This document shows positions 50,033 to 58,334 of a DNA stretch of 64,000 nucleotides, in pieces (position 1 is the stretch's first letter; every line of letters starts with the position of its first letter). Source of the stretch: Vicinamibacteria bacterium (GTDB taxonomy: Bacteria; Acidobacteriota; Vicinamibacteria; Marinacidobacterales; Marinacidobacteraceae); contig OY729431.1 in the NCBI GenBank assembly GCA_963422395.1, positions 1,888,001 to 1,952,000 on the forward strand, given 5' to 3'. The notes below the pieces were generated by a model. It made no database searches. It was given only the letters and a program-made list of their open reading frames with translations, and was not told the origin of the DNA. Made by a program: the position numbers and the translations under genes.

Positions 50033-50278
50033 GGTGTCCGCCCTCCCGACCGGTTCCACTGCGTCGGATCAGGGCAACCAAATCGGCATGGACCTGTTCT
50101 GGAGCGAAAGCCGGTCAAATACGCCAAGTCGTTCCATATCATTGCGTTACGAGGATCGCGGGTTCGGGTTCGGGTCTCCCGGTCAAAGAAATCCGCGGCG
50201 CTCGGCAACGGCGGCCTCCCGAACATCGAGCTTGCCGGTGACGACATCGGCGACGAGCCGCATCCGGTATTCCTCGAC

Positions 50279-50420
50279 CCGCTCGATGCGATTACCCGGC
50301 GCGACATCGAGGCTCGCTTCCATCTCATCACCGAACGGCGCGGCCCGGGAGCCAGCTCAGCGCATCGCCGACAGGATCGACGAGCTGATGGGTGCGGCGG
50401 GAGGCCCGGAACCGGTCGCG
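50279..50420 (+). pseudogene. Tyrosine integrase scar (N- and C-terminal bits joined)
   Basis: PLDAITRRDIEARFHLITERRG followed, in another frame, by REPAQRIADRIDELMG. Both resemble integrase segments as recalled; not searched. Confidence 0.45.
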
Positions 50421-50800
50421 ACCTCATCGGCGCCGGACCAGGTCATGCTTCGGTCACTGTCGCACGGCGCGGAGGTCGATTGTAAGCCGTCCGGCGGCGC
50501 GCTACAGATTTCCGCGGGCAGTCCGGCTGCCGCCGCCGAAGAAATGGACCAGGAACGTGTCGGCGGTGTTGCCGGGTATCGCCATTGCTGCGCTCATCGT
50601 GCCGTCTCCGTTTTGCCGTCGGTGGGGAACGGCGGCGACGCCTCCCTTCGGGACGCCGACCGCTGCCCCGCTTCCGGCCAGACTCTCCTCTCGATCGCGC
50701 CGGGCGCGGTCGGGCGCGATCATCGGTATGCGACGTCATCGCCGGACCGGGGACGGGACGGCGGCAGACCGGCGATGCGTCGCGGAACGCGGGGCGGGCG

Positions 50801-50826
50801 TTGACGGGCTGTAGCCTGACGGCTAC
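50801..50826 (+). promoter_or_regulatory. TA promoter with operator palindrome
   Basis: TTGACG (-35) followed by GTAGCC-TGAC-GGCTAC about 10 bp before the toxin ATG. Confidence 0.6.
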
Positions 50827-50835
50827 GGTGTGCAC

Positions 50836-51126
50836 ATGTCCGAGGTCCGCAAGACCGATGTCTACGCCAGGTGGCTTGACGGGCTGCGGGATCCCCGTGC
50901 CCGGGCGCGCGTCCTCGTCCGGGTCGAGCGTCTGGCGACCGGCAACCCCGGAGACGTCAGACCCGTCGGTGAAGGCGTATCGGAACTGCGGATCGACTAC
51001 GGACCGGGCTACCGGGTGTACTACAAGCAGCAGGGGCGCACGGTCGTCGTCCTGCTGGCCGGCGGGGACAAGCGTTCCCAGGACGACGACATCGCGACGG
51101 CCATGCGCCTCGCACGAAACCTGTAG
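50836..51126 (+). CDS. RelE/ParE-family (HigB-like addiction module killer) toxin
   Basis: WLDGLRD..ARARVLVRVERLATGNPGD..VGEGVSELRIDYGPGYRVY..LLAGGDK. Confidence 0.92.
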   Translation: MSEVRKTDVYARWLDGLRDPRARARVLVRVERLATGNPGDVRPVGEGVSELRIDYGPGYRVYYKQQGRTVVVLLAGGDKRSQDDDIATAMRLARNL

Positions 51127-51135
51127 GTGGGCGAC

Positions 51136-51462
51136 ATGACCGGAACCGCGACTTCACCCTACGACGTGGCCGAGCACCTTCGCACGGCGGAGGACATGGC
51201 GGCGTATCTGGAAGCCGCCATCGAGGAGGCCGGCGACGACGCCGCGTTCGTCGCCAGGGCGCTGGGCGACATCGCCCGCGCCAAGGGCATGTCGCAGGTC
51301 GCATGCGACGCCGGCCTGTCGCGCGAGAGCCTCTACAAGGCGCTCTCGGGAGAACGCAATCCGACGTTGAGCACGGTTCTCAGGGTCGTCTCCGCTCTGG
51401 GTTTGAAGCTGCGCGCCGAAGCGGCGCCCGCTTCCGGCCCGGACGCGCCGGCGCATGGTTGA
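51136..51462 (+). CDS. Addiction module antidote protein (HTH, HigA-like)
   Basis: YDVAEHL..YLEAA..ALGDIARAKGMSQVA..GLSRESLYKALSGERNP. Confidence 0.92.
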   Translation: MTGTATSPYDVAEHLRTAEDMAAYLEAAIEEAGDDAAFVARALGDIARAKGMSQVACDAGLSRESLYKALSGERNPTLSTVLRVVSALGLKLRAEAAPASGPDAPAHG

Positions 51463-51531
51463 AATCGAACCAGCGGGAATCCTGGTTCCTTGTAACCCAT
51501 TGTAATTCTGGCTGTATTTCGGCACGAAAGG

Positions 51532-52115
51532 TTCACGATGTCCCAGCCGCCGGCGGCACCGGGGCGAATCAACCCGTCGCGGGCCAGAGCCGAAAGGGCG
51601 GTTCGCCGCCTTTCCTGGCTTTCGATGGCGAGAACCGGGTCCCGACGATCCGGTGGGTTCCGTTCTGGACCCCCCATACGAGATAACCGGCCGGCTTGCC
51701 GCACAGAGCCGCGCCGTTCGCAAGCGCCGACAGATACTTGCCGATGACCTGCGGATCGCTCTGATTTTCCTTGAACTCAACCCATTCGGTCTCCTGCGGC
51801 AACCGGCTGAGCTCCCGTACCAGGCTGGCGATGCGGTCCGGATTCCGGTCAGCGGTCATGGTGTCCGCCCTCCCGACCGGTTCCACTGCGTCGGATCAGG
51901 GCAACCAAATCGGCATGGACCTGTTCTGGAGCGAAAGCCGGTCAAATACGCCAAGTCGTTCCATATCATTGCGTTACGAGGATCGCGGGTTCGGGTTCGG
52001 GTCTCCCGGTCAAAGAAATCCGCGGCGCTCGGCAACGGCGGCCTCCCGAACAATCGAGCTTGCCGGTGACGACATCGGCGACGAGCCGCATCCGGTATTC
52101 CTCGACCCGCTCGAT
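51532..52115. repeat. Direct duplication of 49365-50287 with a 340-bp internal deletion; truncated AlbA_2 gene copy
   Basis: 51532-51601 equals 49365-49434, then jumps to 49771 at GCGG(C/T)TCGCC microhomology and continues to 50287 nearly identically. Confidence 0.92.
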
Positions 52116-52610
52116 CTGGAGGCGGGTTCGCTCGATGGCGCGGTCGAGAGCTGCGGTCGCGCGGTCCAGGTACGCGGCGATGGCCCGCTGCTCCGCCAGC
52201 GGCGGAACAGGGACTGGCAGGACAGCGAATCTCCCCTCCGCAACTGCCGGATAGACAACACCTACCGACTCCCGCATCACGCTGTCAGTGAAACCGATGC
52301 TCTGAGTAACAAAGGTCACGAACATCGGATCGGTGTCCGGTTTCGGGGTCAGCACGATAAATCCAGTCGAACAGATGATGTCCGTAGCGGCTGAAGGCAA
52401 CGTCCAGCCGCTCGAAGATAGGTACGGACTGCCGAAACGATCGTGTCTCCTTTCCTTACGATGCGCCGCGCTCGCGAGGGCGCCACCGAGAACCGGAGCT
52501 GCGACGGCGGCTCGAGCAGTACACCCTGTCCCACCGACCCGATATCTATGTAAGAGAAATGGTAAACGAGCGTGAAAATCCCCCGCGGCGAGTGCCTCTC
52601 CCACCGAGGC
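52010..52610 (-). pseudogene. hsdS: Type I R-M specificity subunit remnant
   Basis: APSRARRIVRKGDTIVSAVRTYL, ICSTGF, YPAV, PVPPLAEQRAIAAYLD...EEYRMRLVADVVTGKLD; frameshifted. Confidence 0.85.
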
Positions 52611-52730
52611 GGTGTTCCGCGCGACGATCTCCTCGAGGAAGCTGTCTCGGAGAACGGGCTTTTCGGCCGCGACCCACGCCGCTCGAAACCCATGAGGTTC
52701 CGTAGGATGTTTCGATGCGTACTGTCATGA

Positions 52731-52739
52731 TGCTATGAT
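52731..52739 (+). promoter_or_regulatory. Extended -10 promoter, leaderless vapB transcript
   Basis: TGCTATGAT ends 6 nt before the ATG at 52746; ATGATGC repeats overlap it. Confidence 0.5.
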
Positions 52740-52745
52740 GCGCCC

Positions 52746-53009
52746 ATGCGCACCACATTGACGATCGAAGATGACATCCTGCGGGAACTGAGGCGCCTCG
52801 CCCACTCCCGGAGAGTTTCCCTGACCCGCATCGCCAACGAAACGCTGGGCGCCGGGCTGGCCCGGGCGGCCGCCGCCCAAGCGCCGCGACGGTTCCGGCA
52901 GCGAGTCTTCGATCTGGGAGAGCCGATGGTGAATCTGGACCACGCACTTCGGATCGCCGCGGCGCTGGAAGACGAAGAGACAGCTCGTGAAATGGCCGCC
53001 GAACAGTGA
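52746..53009 (+). CDS. vapB: VapB-like ribbon-helix-helix antitoxin
   Basis: MRTTLTIEDDIL...NLDHALRIAAALEDEE; GTGA overlap with the PIN toxin. Confidence 0.85.
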   Translation: MRTTLTIEDDILRELRRLAHSRRVSLTRIANETLGAGLARAAAAQAPRRFRQRVFDLGEPMVNLDHALRIAAALEDEETAREMAAEQ

Positions 53010-53443
53010 CCGTCGTCGATCTGAATGTCCTCCTCTACGCCGTCAACTCCTCTGCACGCAGGCATCGGGTTGCACGCGAATGGCTGGAAACGGCGATCGG
53101 CAGTGATGAGCCGACCGGGCTTGCCTGGACCGTTCTGCTGGGCTTTCTCCGTCTGAGTACGCGCCGCGGAATCATCTCGCAACCCCTCGGCGTGGAAGCG
53201 GCCAGCCGCCTGGTCGCCGACTGGCTCGCCGAGCCCGGCGTGCGCCTGGTAACCGAGACCGAAGAGCACTGGCGGCATCTCAGCGACCTGCTCGCACACA
53301 CCGGAACCGGCGGCAACCTCACCACCGATGCCCACCTCGCGGCCATCGCCATCTCCCGTGGCGCCACCCTGGTCTCTTTCGGCCACGACTTCGACCGCTT
53401 CCCGGGCCTTCGCTGGTTGAACCTTTCCGCAAAGCCCATCTGA
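53006..53443 (+). CDS. vapC: VapC PIN-domain ribonuclease toxin
   Basis: VVDLNVLLYA, GFLRLST, GNLTTDAHLAA, DFDRFPGLRW. Confidence 0.9.
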   Translation: MTVVDLNVLLYAVNSSARRHRVAREWLETAIGSDEPTGLAWTVLLGFLRLSTRRGIISQPLGVEAASRLVADWLAEPGVRLVTETEEHWRHLSDLLAHTGTGGNLTTDAHLAAIAISRGATLVSFGHDFDRFPGLRWLNLSAKPI

Positions 53444-53533
53444 CCTATGAATGGAAGCTGATATAGCGATCGATGTCGTTCGAGTGACTTCGTAGTATGG
53501 GGATATGGGTATGGGGATGCGTCGAGTGGAAAT

Positions 53534-55795
53534 TCATCGGGCGGGAGCGATGCTGGTCCCGTGGTAGTAGTGCGCCAGGATCTCACGGTAGTCGGCGCCG
53601 GCCGCGGCCATCCCGTACGCACCCGCCTGACACAACCCGAGCCCGTGGCCCCAACCGCGTCCGGTGAACCACCACTCGATCACTTCTCCTTCGCCGTGCC
53701 GACGCGGTTCGGCGAAAAACAGGTTCTCGGAGATCCCGAGGAGCCGCCGGATCTGGAGCCCGCGAGCTTCCCACTCCCCTTCGGTGCCCACGAAGCGGAG
53801 CCGCACGATCCGCCCGGATCGGCCGTATTCCAGCGGCTCGAGCGCCACGATCTCTCCGATCGGGCGCACGCGGGCGACCGCGGCGGAGAGATCGCGGTTG
53901 TTCTTCGGAACCAGCCAGGTGCTCTGCCGGGAGAAGCGGTCGAGCGCGTCGCCGCGGTCTTCGAGGATCAGGGCCTCGAACTCGATCCCGGCTTCGTCAT
54001 CTGGCCGAGAGGCGGCCTCCCCGGGCCGAGGTCGGTATCGCACGAAGTCGCCCACCCGCAGGCGGAGGCGCCCTACCGGGACGGCGAGGGGAGCAGGATC
54101 CGCGCGTCCCGGGATCCGGACAGGACGCACTTCCCGAAAAAGCCGAGCCTCCGAAGCCGGTTCGATCCAGAGAAGGTCCCGATCCCGGTCGGGAGGACCG
54201 CTCCTCTCGGGCTCTACCGCGATTCCGCCGGCGCCGGCCTCACGGACCTGTCCGCGCCGGAAGAGGCCGGGATCCCGACCGAGCAGGCGGGCGGCGAAAC
54301 CGACCACTTCCCGGCGGCTCACCGTCCGACGGGGATCGAGGCCCGCTTCGCTGGGGTCGAAGAGGCCCTCGGCGAGCAGCCGGCCCACCGCGGGCGGCCC
54401 GCCTCCCGCCAACGCGCTTCCATCCGGCCCCGGTCCGCGGTACAGCCCCTCCGGATTTCGACACCGAACCGCCTCCACGAGCTCGGCGAAGCGGCCGAGA
54501 GTCAGGGGCCCGGCGGGTGTTGCCTCCGCCGGATCGACCTCGCAGACCGGGAGGCCGAACCACTCCACCGCCGCCGCCACGATCCCGAGGGCCTCCTCGA
54601 GGGAAACCGGTTCCCCGAGACCGGAGCCGGAGAAGCCGTCGGGGAGGGCTCCCGCCATCCGGGCCACGGCAGCGTCGAGAGGGTCGTCGGCGGGGGCCGG
54701 GGAGATCAGGGTCGCCCCGCCTGCTTCGCGGACGCAGGCGCGCGCCACCAGGTACGGCGTCGGCGTGGAGAAGACATTCTCGGCATTTTCGGTGTGGCCG
54801 CCGCAGGCGGCGGTATAGAGAGCATCGATGAGCTTCCCGTCGTGGTACAGGACTTCACCGGCGGTTTCGCGCACCGCGGCGTCGGTCAGTGGATGCTCCG
54901 CCGCGGCGCCGCCGTACACCTGGCAGGCAGGGCCGCTGCAGATGTCGTAGCCGCGGTCCCGATAGACCTCTCGCGGGCGCAGCGCATAGGTGCGGGCGGC
55001 GAGCGCCTGCGCTTTCAGCGCCGCCAGCTCGGGGAAGAGGTCCGGAGGCAGTTCGGAGGGAACGACGCCGCGCAGGTACTCCTCGAGCGGCACCCGATTC
55101 ACCACCGTCACGCCGTCACCGCGCCGGTAGAGGATCAGGACACCCCGGTACGGTCTTCCCTCCCATTCGAGGAACCCGCCGGCCGCGGGCGGCTCGACGG
55201 TCAGGGTGACGCCGCCGGGGATCCGGAGCGCAGCACCGCCGAGAGGTCGGATCAGGAGCGCATCACCGGAGGCCGCCGGCAGCTGGAACACCCCGGCCTG
55301 GGGGAAGCCTTCGGCGCGCAGCCGCTCGGCCTGCGCCTCCCAGGACTCACCCGGGGCCGGGGAAGCGAGCACCGCGAGGGTGCGGCCGGTGTCCGGATGC
55401 CGGGCCATGCGCACCCCGCTCTCGCTGCCCTGCGTTTCCCGAAAGGAGGATGCGGCTCCCCGGGCCCGCTCTTCGTTCGAGAAGGAACCGAGCGCGAGAA
55501 CCCGGACGCTCCCTTCGGTCTCGGGCGAAACGACGACCTCGACCGCCTCGATACGCAGATCCCCCGCTCGCAGGAAAAACGCCGACGGCGCCGAGATGCG
55601 CGCCGCCGGGACTCCGTCCGCGAGGCCGACGCGCAGCGCGGGGTTCGGCCCATCCTGCGCGAACCGACCCTCACCCGCTGCTGCCAGCCCGGAAAGGAAC
55701 GCGAGCACGGACGCTCCGGCTCGAAGAGCCCGTGAGCGGGCGCCTCCTCCCGGGCCTCTCCCGGGAAGAGCGCTCCGCTTCCAGGCAGTGCGCAT
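53534..55795 (-). CDS. SpoIID/LytB domain protein
   Basis: YRG..VNRVPLEEYLRGVVPSE, ALKAQALAARTY, CQVYGG, ACGGHTE, GRGWGHGLGLCQAGA..ILAHYY. Confidence 0.9.
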   Translation of the reverse strand: MRTAWKRSALPGRGPGGGARSRALRAGASVLAFLSGLAAAGEGRFAQDGPNPALRVGLADGVPAARISAPSAFFLRAGDLRIEAVEVVVSPETEGSVRVLALGSFSNEERARGAASSFRETQGSESGVRMARHPDTGRTLAVLASPAPGESWEAQAERLRAEGFPQAGVFQLPAASGDALLIRPLGGAALRIPGGVTLTVEPPAAGGFLEWEGRPYRGVLILYRRGDGVTVVNRVPLEEYLRGVVPSELPPDLFPELAALKAQALAARTYALRPREVYRDRGYDICSGPACQVYGGAAAEHPLTDAAVRETAGEVLYHDGKLIDALYTAACGGHTENAENVFSTPTPYLVARACVREAGGATLISPAPADDPLDAAVARMAGALPDGFSGSGLGEPVSLEEALGIVAAAVEWFGLPVCEVDPAEATPAGPLTLGRFAELVEAVRCRNPEGLYRGPGPDGSALAGGGPPAVGRLLAEGLFDPSEAGLDPRRTVSRREVVGFAARLLGRDPGLFRRGQVREAGAGGIAVEPERSGPPDRDRDLLWIEPASEARLFREVRPVRIPGRADPAPLAVPVGRLRLRVGDFVRYRPRPGEAASRPDDEAGIEFEALILEDRGDALDRFSRQSTWLVPKNNRDLSAAVARVRPIGEIVALEPLEYGRSGRIVRLRFVGTEGEWEARGLQIRRLLGISENLFFAEPRRHGEGEVIEWWFTGRGWGHGLGLCQAGAYGMAAAGADYREILAHYYHGTSIAPAR

Positions 55796-55858
55796 CGCTC
55801 CGCGCTGCCCATCCACGCCCTCGCGGACCCTAGCCACGCAGACCCTCACCACCGACAG

Positions 55859-57121
55859 CTATCTGGAGAAGAGATCGTAGGGCTGTTCGTTGTACCAAAA
55901 GACCAGCATGATCTCGAAGTCGGATCCGGGATAGTCGTCGGGGAGCGGCAGCAGCTGGGCGCCGCGCAGAGCGCCGACCGCAGCGTTGTCGAAGCCGGCC
56001 ACCCCCGACGGCACCACGACCTGCAACCAGGCGATCTCGCCGCTTCGCAGCACGCTGATGGCGATCGCCACATGCCCCCGCTCGTAGGTGGCCGCATAGG
56101 GGATGTACCAGTTTCGGCGGACCTCGGCGATGAGCCGGCCGATCCAGGGCACCAGATTCGCTCCCCGGTCGTCGTAGTAGAGGGTGTTGTTCCGGTTGGA
56201 CACCAGTCCCCCCTCGGGGTTGCGGAAACGCTTGTCTTCCAGAAACCGCCAGATGTCGGTGGGAGTCCCCTGCTTTCGGCGCTCCGCTTCCGCCTGGATG
56301 CGGGCCTTCGTCCGGGCCATTTCGTCGCCTCGCTCCCGTACCGAAGCGGCGGGGTCGTGGATTCGTCGGCGGAAGGCGTCGGCGTCGAAGCGGAGATCCG
56401 GGGGGGAGGCCGCGTCCGCTGCTGCCGCCGCCGCGTCCGCTTCCGGTGCCGCTTCCGGTGCCGGCTGCTCGGCGATCAGGAGGGGCGGCTCGGGCTCTTG
56501 GGCTCCGGCAGGCTCCGAATTCGGGGCCTCGGGGTCGTCTCCCCTTTCCCGGTCGGTGAAGAACTCTTCGGAATCTCCCTGAGAAAACGGCAGATCGTTC
56601 TGAAAGCCGGTGTTCGGGGCGGCGATCATGGCTTCGGGAATCACGAGAGGAGGAGCGGGGTCTGCGGGCGGCGGAAGGGCGGCCTCCTCCTCTGCTGCGG
56701 GCGCCGGCGCCGCTTCCGGAGCGGGCAGCGGAAGCGGAGTGGGTGCCGCAGCCTCTTCGAGAGGCGGCGCCTCGAAGGCATAGAGCAGCGGATCTTCCTC
56801 GACCGGCGCGAAGGGGGCAGAGTCCTCGCCTCCGGCAGGCAGGCCCAACCCGAACGCCAGCGCGAGAATCAGCGAGTGGAACACTGCCGAAACCCCGGCG
56901 CCCACGAAACGCCGCCTTTCGGAGGCGCCGAGGAGCCCCTCCACCGCCCCCCCCCGACTGAGACCCGAAAGCGTGGAAGGCGACAGGGCCTTCGGCAGCT
57001 TCCGGCGGGGACCCGCGCCCTGCCGCCGGCGGAAGGGAGGCGCGCCGGTGCGCCGTTCGCGGGAAGAGCTGGCGCGGCGTCCTGGGTCCACCAGGCCGAG
57101 CTCGCGAATTCCCGAACTCAT
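55859..57121 (-). CDS. TonB-family energy transducer
   Basis: TM with SAVFH, Pro/Ala-rich spacer, C-terminal domain (VRRNWYIP..SGEI..SGVAGFDNAAVGAL..PLP). Confidence 0.8.
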   Translation of the reverse strand: MSSGIRELGLVDPGRRASSSRERRTGAPPFRRRQGAGPRRKLPKALSPSTLSGLSRGGAVEGLLGASERRRFVGAGVSAVFHSLILALAFGLGLPAGGEDSAPFAPVEEDPLLYAFEAPPLEEAAAPTPLPLPAPEAAPAPAAEEEAALPPPADPAPPLVIPEAMIAAPNTGFQNDLPFSQGDSEEFFTDRERGDDPEAPNSEPAGAQEPEPPLLIAEQPAPEAAPEADAAAAAADAASPPDLRFDADAFRRRIHDPAASVRERGDEMARTKARIQAEAERRKQGTPTDIWRFLEDKRFRNPEGGLVSNRNNTLYYDDRGANLVPWIGRLIAEVRRNWYIPYAATYERGHVAIAISVLRSGEIAWLQVVVPSGVAGFDNAAVGALRGAQLLPLPDDYPGSDFEIMLVFWYNEQPYDLFSR

Positions 57122-57561
57122 CGTTCGGGGGACGAGGCGGGTTCTCCGCCGTCATCGCCGAAGCGTCCCAGGTGGAGGACGGACTGGACCGCTCGCTGCC
57201 CGGCTATCGCCGCGGTGGCTTCGAAGCGATGGACCGCGCCCTCGGTCCCGGTGGGGACCACCGTGAGTTCGAGCGTGTCGCCCGGCAGGACCCGGCGGCG
57301 GAAACGAACCGCAGGGACTTCCAGCAGCACCCAGGACCCCGCTGCCGAGGGAAACCGGTCCGCGAGGAACCTCCGGGCGCACTCGGCGAAAGCCTCCAGG
57401 ACGAAGACCCCGGGAACCACCGGAGCGCCCGGAAAGTGCCCGGCGAAAAAGGGCTCCTGCTCGGGAAACCGCCGCTTCGCGACGATCCGGAGGGGGTCGG
57501 ATTCCCCGCTCCCCAGCTCGATCTCATCGAGCAGGGGCCGCACCCCCTCGAAGCTCGTCAT
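57118..57561 (-). CDS. fabZ: 3-hydroxyacyl-ACP dehydratase FabZ-like
   Basis: EPFFAGHFPGAPVVPGVFVLEA, VRFRRRVLPGD. Confidence 0.82.
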   Translation of the reverse strand: MTSFEGVRPLLDEIELGSGESDPLRIVAKRRFPEQEPFFAGHFPGAPVVPGVFVLEAFAECARRFLADRFPSAAGSWVLLEVPAVRFRRRVLPGDTLELTVVPTGTEGAVHRFEATAAIAGQRAVQSVLHLGRFGDDGGEPASSPER

Positions 57562-57731
57562 TACCGCCCCGCTGCCCGCCCCCTCGGGGAGGCGCTCCGC
57601 TCAACGACCCGCGGGAAAAGCGCGCTGCCCTCCCGACACACCGAGAGATACCGACCGAAAGGCCCCCCGGCAACGGTTCACCCCACGGCGATCCCGCGCT
57701 CTGTCGTCCACGGGCCAGTCAGGTTCCCGCT

Positions 57732-58271
57732 TCAGGGCTCGCTCTGGCCTTCGCTCAGGGCGTTGAACCGGGTGATCACCGCACCCGATATGTCGAGCGC
57801 AGGATCCATGATGAAGGTGAGGCCGGGAGTGACGCGGAGGATGAGCTGGATGTCCTGCTCGCGGGCGATCTCCTCGACGACCGGGCCGAGTTCCTGCTCG
57901 AGAGCGGCGAAACCCGTGGTCTGCTTCTCGTTGAAGTCCCGCTGCTGGTCCTCGAGCCAGCGCTGCAGATCGGTCTGCTTGCGCTCGATGTCGCGGGTCA
58001 GATCGGCGCGCGCCTCCTGGGAGAGCAGCTGGGAACCGGCCCGGTTCGTCAGGTCGCGAATCTCCTGCTCGCGGCTCTCGCGGGCACGCAGGATCTCTTC
58101 CTGCAGCGATTGCAGCTCCGTGAACATGGTTTGGCCTTTCGCGGATTCCTGCGCGATGCGGTCGATGTCGATCACCGCCACTCGAGTGGCCTGCCCCGCC
58201 GCGACGGCCGGAAGGCCGAGAAGGAATCCGGCAAGTGCCGCCGGAAGAAAACGGTTCATCACCCTGGTCAA
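57732..58271 (-). CDS. skp: OmpH/Skp outer-membrane chaperone
   Basis: Signal peptide, RVAVIDIDRI, coiled coil, LDISGAVI; downstream of bamA. Confidence 0.88.
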   Translation of the reverse strand: MTRVMNRFLPAALAGFLLGLPAVAAGQATRVAVIDIDRIAQESAKGQTMFTELQSLQEEILRARESREQEIRDLTNRAGSQLLSQEARADLTRDIERKQTDLQRWLEDQQRDFNEKQTTGFAALEQELGPVVEEIAREQDIQLILRVTPGLTFIMDPALDISGAVITRFNALSEGQSEP

Positions 58272-58334
58272 CTCCTGAACGCTGAATCAGCCTGAAACTG
58301 CGGGCCGCTCCCCGCTACGGCCCCCGGAAGGTGG

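Noticed and set aside
49365-52115. Diversity-generating retroelement (template/variable repeat) or invertible hsdS shufflon
   Set aside because: Copies are direct and nearly identical, without adenine-specific changes. No reverse transcriptase or intact recombinase is present.
57700-57720. Possible element end TCGTCCACGGGC between skp and fabZ
   Set aside because: Only about 12 bp match, with no partner TIR or module; not distinguishable from chance.
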